In this document: piece by piece, positions 14,759-28,800 of the stretch | How positions within the stretch are numbered: the first letter of the stretch is position 1 | How the letters are laid out: the number at the start of each line of letters is the position of its first letter | DNA from: Lingula anatina | Lineage: Eukaryota > Animalia > Brachiopoda | NCBI GenBank assembly: GCA_051362555.1 | Contig: CM120647.1 | Coordinates: forward strand, 7,192,001-7,256,000 | DNA: 64,000 nucleotides | Direction of reading: 5' to 3' | Notes under the pieces: model-generated | Databases searched by the model: none | Told to the model about the DNA's origin: nothing | Seen by the model: the letters and a program-made list of their open reading frames with translations, nothing else | Program-made: the position numbers and the translations under genes

Positions 14759-15150
14759 GGCCCGCTTTCATCAAGGCTGGACAGCGCTATCGTATGGATA
14801 ATAATGGCATCTATGCTCTGGATAGAGCTATCCAGAGGATAGCGCGTTTCATCAACAGTGGATAACGTTATCCAGGGGATAAATCAGCTTATCTAGAGGA
14901 TAAAGTTGTCCGCTCGAAATAGGTTGGATAAATCTGCTATCATGCTGTTAAATCATCAAAAATGGCGAACCTGCTTGCTTTGGGAGTAAGTCCTATGAGA
15001 TTTCACAATGATTAGAAAGAGAATTTTAGAAGATGTGTGTTTGCTCTTGATGATTTAAGTGATACTGAATCAATAGATTACATAAAAGACTTGATCAAAG
15101 TTGACACGGCGCCTGCTACGAACAGGACCCATGCAATCTCCGTGACAGAT
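14759..15150 (+). mobile_element. 5' fragment of a PIF/Harbinger element with degenerate transposase N-terminus
   Basis: CTG-GGCCCGCTTTCATCAAG terminus and GGATA subterminal repeats, then ATG at 14962 leading to ...LDDLSDTE...APATNRTHAIS, resembling the HARBI1-type N-terminal motif. An in-frame stop is present. Confidence 0.6.
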
Positions 15151-15567
15151 TTATTATCTTTTATTTTACTAAAACATACTTTTTAAATCGACAAAAAAAA
15201 AGTCTACGCTGCTATTGACAGAATCTGTCAAACGTGCCAAGTCAGCCATTTTGTTAGAAAGTATGTCACTACCTTGCCCTGGATATGTTTTTGACACTGA
15301 CGTTAAAATATCCTGTAGATATTTTTCCCATTATTTTAATGAATGTACCATCTTGAAATATACTAAGAATATTGTTTATTATGGGCAATTCATTTTCCAA
15401 ATATGATATAGATCACTTTTTTGTTAGCAACTATCACGGCTTTTATAATGTTTATAGCAACCAACTGCATTGTGGGAATGTATTTTTCCAAATATGGTAA
15501 AATCGAATAAAAGCACCACATTTGGCATTTAGCTACTACCCTAGGTTCTAGATTTCAGTTTTGTCAG

Positions 15568-18175
15568 CTTGATCTTGATTTCATATATAAACCATATCAG
15601 CAAAACTGACACTAGAAACTAGAGACAGATTGGGGGCGTGTTCGGCTAAATTTTGCCTGTGCACGAGGCTATACCCTGTGTGTCAGGGCACAGTAAAGTT
15701 AGATTAATAACTATTCACACCTTGTGATGGGATCGCTTTACTGGCCCTGAGGAACAGCGACAATGTTCAATTTCCGTCAATCAGAACCTACAGTAGAGGG
15801 CCACGGCTCTAATTTGATTTAAAATGTCAAAAGGTTACTACTGCCCTGAGTGTCAGGGTAGTTGACCCTATCTTTCCTCCCTCTGACTTAGTATATCCAC
15901 CTTTGCGCCATGGGGAATAATCCCGCGCAACGCAGATTAAAACTTGTGACGCAGAGTAAGATTTATCCGGCTGATGTGAAGATGTGGCGATTGAACACAT
16001 TTGTGTTTTTTCTGTTGGTCATTTCATGGATTCCCGGGGGTATTCAAGGACAAAGTAAGTAGATATTATTAAGCTAAAATAAGACTAAAATTTACATCGA
16101 AAATGTTAATCCTGAAAGAAAATGTGTGGATTTTTTTCAATATTAAGTATGTATAAATAAGTTGGAAAGAATCGTCAGGGTGATTTTTGGCGAAAAACGT
16201 ACATAGTAACAATATTTATTTGAAACTGTACTAAAATGGTTAATTCTAAGAAAAGAATTAGACATTTAAACATTTTCTAAAATACATTTTAAATACATTT
16301 ATAAGACATTTTCAAGAACTGCATTGTTTTCGAACGTTTGGATATATCTATTAAAACCGTGGAATTATTTAAAATATAAGGGTATAAATTTCCTTGAGGC
16401 CATTTTCAACAGGCGTCGAGCGGTATAGGACCTACACAAACAATGTCAGGCTTTATTACAAATAGGCCTAAATGTAATGAGAAGACACTTCTTAAAAGTT
16501 TTACAAGATTTAAAAGTTGATTAGCCTGTTAGCAGATTTGGGATACGGCATTTACATCGCCTAGAGTTATATTTGTTATGTATGTCTTGATGCTTGCACT
16601 CAGCAAAAAGCACTTCTCCACTTCTTGTTACATTTTTTAACTGACATATAAAATTCATAAACCTCGATGAAAATAAATAGTGTGCAAAGTGAACCATGAA
16701 TATATTCTAGTTCATTTGTTTACACAATATATGTAAAGTACGCACATATTATGTAATGTTTACATATTATTATATTTTTCTTGTGTGGGCAATTTTGGAG
16801 CATAATTACCCAGGCGATCTTTCCCATGTTCCTACTCAGTTATGATGCTGTTTATCCCTCTGAATACCCCTTTTGGAATAACCCAACCTTCTGGCAATTT
16901 GTCGGGTCAAGAATCCCTCCTATGCCTGCCGCTTGGTAAAAAAAGTGTACCTCTCTCATTTAGGGGCAGCATGTTAAAGGTAAATGGCGTTTTAGGATTT
17001 ATGTTTACGTTAGGTAGGTCAATGTTGGACTACTCACATCCTCAAATTTTAAGATGATTGGCTGTGTAGTTGGTATGTAATAGTTAAAGTAAACTATGGC
17101 TACCCTTGCAACATTGACCATAATTACGTCATGGATGATATTTTGGAAGGAGACTGTGCTCTGTGTATGTCAATAAATTGAAATATTGTCAGCAGCATAG
17201 GTACTTTTTTATTTATTCCTTTTTTTATATTGAGACATTCGTTATACAAGGTTACATGTAGTCCACAGCTAAGTTATTTTGATTTAAAAAGTATTAGAAT
17301 CACGAATTTTTGCCTTTTTTTTTTTTTTTTGTTACTCCATCAGCCGATGATGATCATTTCAGTAAAGGCCAACGACGCAACTTGTCTGAAAATTTGTCTC
17401 ACGCGGCGTCAGATAAGGTTCACTTGAAAATCAAATCTTATCACCGTAATTTAACTTTAGACTCTTTATTTTTCATACGCACTTCTCACATTTATTGTTT
17501 TGCAAACATGATAAGGTAAGGGATTATTATTTTTAATGGGTAAAACTAACTATGTTATCGTCGTTATGACGGGACGAGACTGACTTTAAACTGTGTCGCG
17601 TAAACAAGTTCAGGGTCAGATTAACTACATTCCATAAAATCGTGTTTAACAGCAGTAAAGGAAATGCGTCTAATAAGTGAGCACAACATTTTCAGTTAAT
17701 GTCAAACAATAAATGTAATTGTATCTGGCTATAATAAATATTTTCCGTGCATAAAAAATTAAGTTCCCATCGAAGTTTTGCAAGTGTGACTTGGCGGACA
17801 CTAGGTATTTTTAAATATCCACAAAATAGACACTAACAGTTCTGTTGCACGTAGACCACAGAGTTGGTCTTTTGATTCCACCAACTGGTGATGATCATGT
17901 CAGTAACACAGCCAAGAAGTGACTTGTCTGATTAATAAGTGCATGAACATTGATAGTGGAATAGGTGTTATACCAATCATATAAGGACAGCCTCTCACTC
18001 CTAATTAGGCGATGGCCACGCCCACCAGTGTTTATGTCTTGTTGAGAAGGGCTAGCAGCTTCCTACTGCTGTGGGCAATCACACATTGTTTTTTAATTTG
18101 CGGCTTTGTTGACTCCTTGCTGGGAAGGGGTAACGGCCTCCTACTGCTGTGAGTAATCACACATTGTCTTCTATG
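15568..18175 (+). repeat. Local duplication of promoter, exon 1 and start of intron 1; upstream copy
   Basis: Colinear with 20856-24322. Both start GATCTTGATTTCAYATATAA; long identical stretches such as 16410-16600 vs 21747-21940. Confidence 0.92.
15982..16054 (+). CDS. Duplicate signal-peptide first exon ([24 protein letters not shown]); alternative or orphan exon 1 of the SRCR-LU gene
   Basis: Near-identical to 21297-21369 ([24 protein letters not shown]). ATG intact, 73 nt, phase-1 GTAAGT donor compatible with the acceptor at 29486. Confidence 0.75.
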
Positions 18176-19257
18176 GGGTCAGCATATTTCTACCAAATTC
18201 TTAGTATTGTTGCACACATAGCAGGTATTAGCACTGAAGTCACTAACCCCAAAAGAAATCATTGGATATAATTATAATATGATTTTATATGTTTTTGGCC
18301 ATTTTCTGGCTCGATTTTCAGCTTCGATTAATAAAGCCACTTCATGAGCAAATATGTCCAAATTACTGCTATTTTGAAATAAATTGATAATTAAACTAGT
18401 TAAACCAGCCATTTGGCACTGAGAATATGTTACTTAGTTTCAGTTTAATCTTCAAACTGACGAACCACGCCCATTTTTATTACCCCCCTCCAAACTCACC
18501 TTTCTACCAAGCAATTTTCACGCATTAATATCTCTCTTTTTGCCGGATTGACATCCGTAAAATTGCGTAGGGATCCTTAGAATATGTTAGTCTTATCACA
18601 GAAATTGACAGTGACAGTTGTTTTGTGTCTTTAGTGAACTAGTGAATTTTCAGAAATACATTCCAATAATCTTCCTTGCAAGGTCAGCTAACACTATGAT
18701 GAATAAGTAGCTGTAAATGTGATAGAGTGAAGTTAACAAATATGACAGTTCTCGGTACCCTGTTATAGATGGACAGGTTGAGGTGACTGTGACTGACAAG
18801 AAAACAACCATATACATATATAAACCTTCGAAATCCAAACTTGAAGGCCAGACATATATACCCTACACATATTTAGCCATCAAATATGTCCTACTGCTAA
18901 ACACATCCAGGCTATAAGGGTGTACCGTGCTTAGGTGCAAAACATGCTTAGAAGCTAAATGCGTTGAAAAAATCAGACAAAGCAGGCACTTGGATGTTTT
19001 TACAGTGTACGTTATAATTGTGTACCTGTGTTTTGTACCAAAAATTAATAAAAACATTCAGGTCATTTTAATGTCTTTTCATGCAAGGATGTTGTCTAAC
19101 AACTAGAGTTGATACAATGTTGTTATCTGACCGTGATACAATGTTGTTATCTGACGTTGATCCAACTTTCAAATCCAACGTTTATCCAACATCTTATCAA
19201 CGTTATGGTTCAAAGTTGTTTCAACTTTAAAGCATCATAATTTGCCCGCTGGGTTTG

Positions 19258-19259
<2 letters not shown>

Positions 19260-19310
<51 letters not shown>
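19260..19310. repeat. Poly(A) tract
   Basis: About 50 consecutive A. Confidence 0.95.
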
Positions 19311-19312
<2 letters not shown>

Positions 19313-20392
19313 GCCCAAGTCAGGATACAAGTACCATTTGAGATAATACCTTCCAATAACCAAATCTAATCAAATAGTCATTGTCAGGTTTTCAAACAGC
19401 TTTGATAAGGACAAGTATATCCAATTGTTATAAATACAAGATGGCTACCATCAATTCTGTCCCATATTACAGTTGCCAAAATTATTCAAAATAATCAAGA
19501 GGCCCATTTTAGCAGGGATTTTATTTTTAGATCTACAATACAGGATTGCTCACACAATGTACTTTTCAAACAGAGCCCAACAACTTCTGAATAATTTAAA
19601 ATTATTATTGACAAGTAATTCACCCCCACCCCATTTAATGAGTTATTACTGTGCATACCTAATATCTCACCAGCATTCTGTATATCTTATTTTAGTGAGC
19701 AATAAAGATTTTAAAAACTACACAGGAATTCTTTAAAGGTAAAAGGAAAAAAACTGTTTCATTTTATTATTTTTCTCAGGTGCAACCCCAATTAAATCCA
19801 CTTGGAGTGATTTATGTTACAATTTCTTCAATTGTTCTTTTGCCTTTCAAGTGATTCATAGGCTTTGTAAATACATGATATCTTGATATCTATTTTCTTT
19901 TTCTATAGAGGAAATTAAAAGAGAGTCAGCAACATACATCTACATGTGGAGTGTTTCATTATTGTAATATCAATTGGACAATAAAATAACAAAGCAGTTA
20001 CTTTTCTCAAGAGTGAAAGCGAGTTATAAATCTCCAACGTTTCAATCATATAATTAACACTTTCACTACTGCGTCTACCCGAAGATGGCAGGACAATCAC
20101 GACAGGCTATCAAAAGAAAATGTGTTTAATATTTTTTTAAACTTATGACTTAGCTGAACTGTTTGGATACGCGCTTATCGAATCAACCCAATATTGCACT
20201 GAAACAATTTACAGTACAAGCTCACCATAACCTATAGGATGAGACGAGACTGAAAATCAAAACAGACAAGATCAGATTTTCAAAAACAAAGAAAATGATG
20301 TAATAAAATGTTTAATACACAAGAAAAAATTAATAAGACCGAAGAAAAAGAAAATAAAAAAGCATTGGTAGCCATAGTTACCCGTCCCCTCA

Positions 20393-20559
20393 AAAACAAA
20401 CAGACAAACAAACAAAAAGGCAGACAAACAAACAAACAGACAGACAAACAAACAAAAACAGACAGACAAACAAACAAGCACACAGGCAAACAAACAAACA
20501 ATCCACAAGTCAATCCACACGCCGATGGTAACCCTCAGCCTGATTCCTTACTACTCAGG

Positions 20560-20600
<41 letters not shown>
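20393..20600. repeat. (CAAA/CAGA)n microsatellite followed by a poly(C) tract
   Basis: Read directly. Poly(C) at 20563-20600. Confidence 0.95.
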
Positions 20601-20601
<1 letters not shown>

Positions 20602-21296
20602 TAGCTAGTTCCTCAGACATCGGACAATAGAGAGGCGTATGTGTAATCTCCTTCTTTTATAACTCCTTGGTGTGGCCAAACATCAACATGGTGTATATTG
20701 GCAGCCACTGGCTTTCTTATTTGGGATCATAACTTTTACAGATATGGGGCACAATATACCATATTTTAGATAAGGAAAAAATATAATTTTAAATATTCTT
20801 AAAAAATAATATACAGCATAAGAAATTATCAAGGTAAGCCATATAAGCGGGGTGGCTCGATCTTGATTTCACATATAACCTATATCAGCAAAACTGACAC
20901 TAGAAACTAGCGGCAGATTGGGGGCGTGTTCGGCTAAATTTTGCCTGTGGCACTTCCATATTTGGACGTTACAAGTCCCGTACGAGGGCTATACCCTGTG
21001 TGTCAGGGCACAGTAAAGTTAGATTAATAACTATTCACACCTTGTGATGGGATCGCTTTACTGGCACTAAGGAACAGCGACAATATTCGATCAATCAGAA
21101 CCTAGGGTAAAGGGTTACGGCTCTAATTTGATTTATAATGTCAGAAGGTAATTACTGCCCTGAGTGTCAGGGTAGTTGACCTCTATCTTGTCACCCTCTG
21201 ACTTACTATATCCACCTTTGCGCCATGGGGAATAATCCCGCGCAACGCAGATTAAAACTTGTGACGCAGAGTAAGATTTATCCGGCTGATGTGAAG

Positions 21297-24200
21297 ATGT
21301 GGCGATTGAACACATTTGTGTTTTTTCTGTTGGTCACTTCATGGATTCCCAGGGGTATTCAAGGACAAAGTAAGTAGATATTATCAAGCTAAAATAAGAC
21401 TAAAACTGCATCGAAAATGTTAATCCTAAAAGAAATGTATGGATTATTTTTCAATATTAAGTATGTATAAATAAGTTGTAAGGAATCGTCACGGTGATTT
21501 ACATGTATGGCAAAAATCGTAGCTCTTTATAATATACTTCATAACAATATTTATTTGAAACTGTACTAAAATGGTTAATTCTAAGAAAAGTATAAGGCAT
21601 TCAAACGTTTTCTAAAATACATTTTAAAATACATTTATAAGACATTTTCAAAACCTGCATTGTTTTCGGATTTTTGGTTGTATCTGGTTAAACCATGGAA
21701 TTACTTAAAGTATAAGGGTATAAATTCTCTTGAGGCCATTTTCAATAGGCGTCGAGCGGTATAGGACCTACACAAACAATGTCAGGCTTTATTACAAATA
21801 GGCCTAAATGTAATGAGAAGACACTTCTTAAAAGTTTTACAAGATTTAAAAGTTGATTAGCCTGTTAGCAGATTTGGGATACGGCATTTACATCGCCTAG
21901 AGTTATATTTGTTATGTATGTCTTGATGCTTGCACTCAGCATGAAGCACTTCTCGTGTAAGTCCAATTCTGGTTACTTTTTCTAACTGTCATATAGGCCT
22001 AAAATTCATAAACTTGGATGAAAATAAATAGTGTGCAAAGTGAACCATGAATATCTTCTAGTTCATTTGGTCAGTACAATGAATGTGAAGTACGCGTATG
22101 ACAAAAGCTTCGGTGTTTTAATTATTTATTTTTATATTTTAAAAATTTACATATAATTATATTTTTTCTTGTGTGGGCAATTTTGGAGCATAATTACCCA
22201 GGCAATCTTGCCCATGTACCTACTCGAATATGATGCTGCTTATCCCTCTGAATACCCTTTATAGAATAATCCCTCCTATGCCTGCCGCTTGGTAAAAAAG
22301 GGCACTCCTCTCTTCAAAGAGCAGCATGTTAAAGGTAAATAGAGTTTCAATATGTTTACGTTAGATAGGTCAGTGTTGAACTACTAACGTCCTCAATATA
22401 TATAAGATAATTGGCTGTGTAGTTGGTATGTAATAGTTAAAGTAAACTACGGGTACCCTTGTAACAATGTCCGTAATTACGTCACGGATGGTATTTTGGA
22501 AGGGGCTGTTCTCTGTGTATGTCAATAAATTGAAATACTTGTCAGAACCATAGGTACTTATTTAGTTTTTCTGTATATTGATATAGGGACAATCGGTATG
22601 CAAGGTAACATGTGGTCCATATTTCAGTTTTGGACTCGGCCGATGATGATCACTTCAGTAAAGGTCAACGACGCAACTTGTCTCATGCGGCGTCAGATAA
22701 GGTTCACTTGAAAATCAAATCTTATCACCGTAATTTAACTTTAGACCCTTTTTTTCATACGCACTTCTCAAAGTTATTGTTTTGCAAACATGGTAAGGTA
22801 AGGAATTATTTTTTATGGGTAAAACTAACTAAGTTATCGTCGTTATGAATCTGGGACGGGACTGACTTTAAACGCGTAAACAAATTCAGGGTCAGATTAA
22901 GTACATTCCATAAAATCGGGTATAAGAGCAGTAAAGGGAATGCTTCTTATAAGTGAGTACAACAATTTCAGTTAATGTCAATCAATAAATGTGATTGCAT
23001 CTGGCTATAATATATATTTTCCGCGCATAAAAAATCAAAGACATAATAACTTTATTTTGGCCAAAAATTGGATTTTCCTGGAGTAAACGGCAATTTCCCC
23101 GTACTTACCAATGGTCAGCGACCCCATTCCTGCATCCATAGTTAGTCCAGGTTTTTTCCTAAACGTTTGGTATTTTTGTTAAAATGTCTTAAGAGATTTT
23201 AACTGACGGAGCCCACTCTGACATTGCATAGTCACGCGATATCGAGCGATAGTTTTTGGTGACCTACTTAAAACCGCGGGAAAAGCAGACAACAGCAACA
23301 CTACATAACAATAATATAAAATTCATAAGATATATTCGTCTTATTGCTCAAAATGCATCTATATCTACAATGTGTGCTATTCTGGGCTTTTCGTTATCCA
23401 ACGCACTGTACAAAAACTCGCAACTTACGTCTGCGTATTACATCAGGCTTTTCGCGCCAGAAGTTATTTTGGTCTCGAATGAACGCGAGAATCCGCGTGA
23501 CATCCCAAACGTCATTGGCAACGGATGCCTTGACGAACGGGAAGAAAGGCATCGAAAGCCCTATTGACAAGCACAGATTTTAGTTTTACTACAATAATGG
23601 CCGTGTTAGTGGTATAATGCAATAGGATATATTTCCATGCGTTGTTTACAATGTATTTCTTGCGGAATTTTGAAACTCAGAGGAAGAATTATTATTGCTT
23701 TAAGTTTCCATCGAAGTTTTCCAAGTGTGACTTGGCGGACACTAGGTATTTTTAAATATCCACAAAATAGACACTAACAGTTCTGTTGCACGGAGACCAC
23801 GGAGTTGGTCTTTTGATTCCACCAACAGGTGTTATACCAATCAAATAAGGACAACCTCTCGCCCCTAATTAGGCGATGGTCACGCCCACCAGTGTTTATC
23901 CCACACGAAAATGCAGTAGTATCGAAGTAGCAAAGAAGCATTATCGCAGTCGTGGTGTGGAGCATATTTGCAGTAGAAATGCAATATAGCCTACTGCAAT
24001 TCTACTTCAAAAATTACATAGGGTTGTACAGAGGAGGAGCATTAATGCAGTAGATTAGCAGCATGATAGAAGCATGTTTCAAATATGCTAATTAGCTCCC
24101 AATGCGAAGCAGATTTGAGGCATATTTGCAGTATGATTGCAGTAGTCTACTGCGCTGGAGCATCTACTGCGTTTTCGTGCGGGTATGTCTTGCTGGGAAG

Positions 24201-25823
24201 CGCTAGCGGCCTCCTACTGCCGTGGGTAATAACACATTGTCTTCTAATTTGCTGCTTTGTTGACTCTTTGTTTGGAAGGGGTAACGGCCTCCTACTGGGG
24301 TGAGTAATCACACATTTTCTTCTAACTTGCGGATACGCGTCGGTTGCATTGTATTAATAAAATAATGCCTTTTCATAAGGAAGGGGGCGGATGGTTATCT
24401 TCCTAGAATTAAACTAGCTATCGATCTTGCGCGTACCCTTAGTTTTGTTACTTCATAGATACAATGTACATATTAAGCCTCGGTCACAAACGGCCGTACA
24501 GGCTCTTATGGGCTGTTTGCGTCCAAATTTTGGGCAGAATCTTACTTCCCACGCAAGTCCTTCTTACGAAATTTCCAGTTCGCAGACAGCCCGTAATCAC
24601 GTTCGGAGGATGTTGGACATGCCCAAAAAATTTTACGAATAGCCTGCTAACAGCGAGGCCGCAACATGCTCCCCTCGCACGGAGTTAGCAAGAGAGACGC
24701 GCGTTGTGCAAGATGCAAGTCGCAAGCAATAAAGGAGCGAGTGCCCTTTGCGTGTGGAGTAAGGCGCACGCCCTCACAACTAACGAACAAAGTCGAGAGC
24801 ACACCGGGAATGCGTCGCACCTGCGTCACCCCCGCGCCTGTTTTATAAATTAGATAAAGCAAGATCAAATATGTTTTACGTTTCATGTTGGATCAATGTC
24901 ATTCAGCTGCATATTTACTGGGGAGCATTTCCTTTGATTCACGGATACTCAACATTGCCGCTGTTCCTCAGATTCACTGTAAAGCTATCCCATGAAAATG
25001 TATGAATAGTTAGCTTTACAATGTCCTGACACTCATGGCAGAATATGCCTAACCTTAAGCAAACAAAATGTAAATATCTTTAAATCAAAAAAGGATGGAT
25101 GACAAGCCAAGAAAATAACCTGTGTCTGGATAACCCAAAAACTATGCCCTCTCCTTGAGTACAGAATTTCCAACAGAATAATGTTGTATAATAAAATATT
25201 CAGGGAACAAATGAAACTGAGCTGCAAAGTGATATACTCGTTTCGAGGCGAATTTATTTAAGTCAAATCCATCTTCAAAAGCCGATTTAGCCTAATTTAC
25301 TTCTTTGTAACAGACTAGTGCACCCTGTTTTCAGAAAGTACTATTTAACCATGATTTAGGGTAGTGATTGCAGTCATCTTTTTCAACACTGTACGTGTTC
25401 ACAAAAGCCTGTAAATATTACAGAGAGAAAGTAAAAACTACTCCAGAGAGAGAGAGAAAGAGAGAGAGATTGAAGGAGCACAAAACCAAAATAAAAAAAA
25501 AAATAATACTGGGCAGATAAATATCTCCCACATGTTTACATGTAACATTTTGATGAGTGTACTGGTAAATAGGCCATTTTTCAACTTTTGCTTCTAGATA
25601 GATACACATGTATTTTTATTCTATAGTCATTTTTCTTATTTTTTTATAATACCAGCAAATCAAAGAATCAAAATGTATTTGAGGAGATATTGCAAACACG
25701 TTTACATGCAGATCGCTAGTGAGTCTGTTTGCCCTTAAAGCTATCTCATATTCAAGTAAATTGAACTCTCCTTTAAGCTTGCCGTGAGCAAAAAAAGAAT
25801 AATGAATAAATTGATGAAAAACA

Positions 25824-25862
<39 letters not shown>

Positions 25863-28800
25863 TATTTGGAAAGCTACATTAATTTGGACCGAAATTAGAT
25901 ATCTTTTTTGTTTTGAAACTGGTTTTGTAAGTAAACGACTGCAGATCTGACACATTCAAGAGGATCCTGTCCTCACAGCCTAAACAGTGTGCTCGATGTG
26001 GAAAAAAATCAACTGCACATGCAATTTTATTTTTTGTTCTAGTAAATCATTTCATTTAAAAGAAAATATATTCTAGGGCAAATCGACGTTTGGAAACAGT
26101 ATGAAGTGTTGTCTTTTCTTAATTGTCTTGTTAACGGAGTTGTTTAGACACCCCAGTGAGAGTCTAATTTCTTTGGATGTCTAGACAACATGCATCACTT
26201 CTTTTGTTTGTGTTTTCGTAGCAATTACCCTTAGGTGTCATGAAAACTAAAAAAAGAAAACATGGAGCATCTTTAGCGTCCGTATTTTAAACGAGCAGAT
26301 GAAGCAACCAGAAGAATGATCGTGTGTGTAAATATGCATAATGAGGTGATAACACGCATGCATGAGGCGCGATATTAGTGTTTGAAATAATTTCTTCCAG
26401 AAGAATTATGATCGATTTTCATCGATTATCTTTCAATATCATTTAGTATTGTGGACAATTTTTTTCCATGCGGAGAGCACTGTTAAGTATAAAATAGAAG
26501 TTGACATTATAGTCAGTGGGGGCGATTGTTAAGGAGGGGGGGTTGTTAAGACCCACTTGGATATCAGATGGTTCTGTATGTTCTGGAGCCGTGTTTTGTA
26601 CTGTAATGAATACATTTTTATAAAACCCACTTTATCTTTAATCCGTAATTCAAAGCTAGGTACATTAAAAAGTGATTAATTTAATCCCAGCATCCCCGAG
26701 GAGAGACGGTCTTCCTTTTTTTATATAATATTGTTCTTCAGAACAAATACATTTCCGAAAAGACTAGTGTTATTCTTTTGTTCGTTTTCCGGTACAATTT
26801 ATTTGTATTAACTGAGACTGCGTGTAATAAGCTTGTTTATTATATCGATATTTGCTATAAAAGCACTGTTGTTTTCTTTGTTATTATTATAATTTGGCCA
26901 TCCTTTCTTTTTACGTACAAGTTGCGCTGATGCTACCAGTAAAGTGCTACGGCAATTAAAGAAAAACATTGGTTTTGTTGTTACTTTTCCTTGATGAAAA
27001 TGTAAGTTGCTGGATTTCCTGCTAAGTTTCTTTCCTCTTTCTTAATTTATTCATTTTCTGTTATGTCTATATGCGTAAAATTTACAACAGTTCTTTTTTA
27101 AACATATAACAGCGTATTGTTGATCATGTTAAAACAAATAATTAACACTGGTTGAATGTGCAGGTAGCTCGTGATACTAAAGACTAGTGAACAAAGACTA
27201 GTGAATAGTTCGCAACTACTACTTAAAAGGGGCGTTCTAATCGATTCGACTGGGGGATTAGGCTAATCACCATAGTTTGCTTACAATTTTCTAGCTACCC
27301 CGTAATTATAACACTCGTCTATTGTATTCAAACAATAATTTTAGCGTGTAATCTTTAAAGGGCAAACTGACTAAATGTACACATGATTATTACCGATACG
27401 GTACTACTGCCAGGCAGCCACATTGCACATAGTCAAATTAAGTTTGTTCCCCACTTCTCAGTGTTTTCCTCTCCCTTATTACTCTCTTAATATATATCTG
27501 TTTGGTAATAAGCATGTTTCAGGAAGATCCGCCGTAAACAATGGATTTCTACTACTGCCGATGGATCTCCTATCTAAGTGTTTTCTACATCGTTATTATT
27601 CATATTGACAAATTCATTTGATTGCGTTCTGTCACCATATTCTCTTGCTAATAATGGATGGAACTAAACTTAGGCTTTTATGAATGGCTAAAATATTACA
27701 TAACATGTAAAACAACCAAAAATAATGACATTCGCAAGAGGACGTAACGAAGTTTTTTCACTTTTTGAAAATTTGTCGACACCACGAAAGTAGCCTCAAG
27801 CTTTATTTATTTTATTTGAAATATACCTTCAGGGCATTTTCCGAGATGTTAGACACCATACTAGCTCCTTGACAAGTTGCAGGTTTTCTACTTTAGTAAA
27901 AACGGATTTAGATCAATTGGAAAAAGTGAGATGGTGTAACGAGTGACCGAAATTTAAAATGTAGTCAGTAGATTGATGTTCCACTAGAACAAAAAATCCT
28001 TCTGCATGCTTACTTTTGATTTAATACAAGTTAAATAGACCTTAATATTGAGAAAAAATTCCAGTCAACACGCAACGTTAGGTCCCATGTGTGGCCCATA
28101 TGGACTGTGATGTTGGTCCTGGATGGATTTGTCAATAAGCTCATTGTGTTTCCCATGTGAGCAAGCCGATGTGGCCTAAAATATGGCCCTACTGGGCAAA
28201 TAGATGTTTTTTAAGGACCACAAATGGTCAACCTTTAATTCAACTAATCTAAAGTCCAATCTAGTCCAATTAGACCTATATGCATTATCAATAACAAAAA
28301 CAGAATTTTAAAGTTGAAAAGAAAAAATAAACAATTTACTTTAAACTGACAAAAATCTTTCTTTTTTTTTTTTTTTTTTTTTTGCAGTAAAGAGAAAAAC
28401 GCTTCCACATGTCATGTGGACAAAGAATACATTCTAATTTCTAAAGATGAAGAGAAACTACTGCACTATTAAACTTTCATGAAAATACAAATACTGCACT
28501 GTATAACTTAAAAGAGAAAGATAACTAAATTTTCTCAATAGGGTAGTTTCAATAAAACGCATGATGTCAAATTGCGCATAATTGCGTATTCAGAGACGAA
28601 AATTTGTTTTAAAGATATAATTTTCTTATAACGCCCCAATTTACTTTAACTGTACACCCATGATGCTTATTCACCTTGTTTATGGTGTAATAAAACTTAC
28701 TTTATACTACCTGATATTACATATCATCATGTTATCAGAAACGAAAACCCATTCAAATAGTACTAGACTTTTCCTTTACCCCCACTGTTACCCAAAGGGC

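Larger units (their letters stand above)
20856..24322 (+). repeat. Local duplication of promoter, exon 1 and start of intron 1; downstream copy (two extra TE insertions)
   Basis: Colinear with 15568-18175. Extra elements at 23039-23699 and 23900-24183. Confidence 0.92.

Noticed and set aside
15913-15924. GGGGAATAATCC as an NF-kB site in the SRCR promoter copies
   Set aside because: It does not fit GGGRNWYYCC well. Conservation between recent duplicates is uninformative.
20272-20604. Hydrophobic or Lys/Gln-rich ORFs and a poly-Pro tail
   Set aside because: Translations of the (CAAA/CAGA)n microsatellite and poly(C). The same applies to the YIYI, ERER and LSLS ORFs elsewhere.
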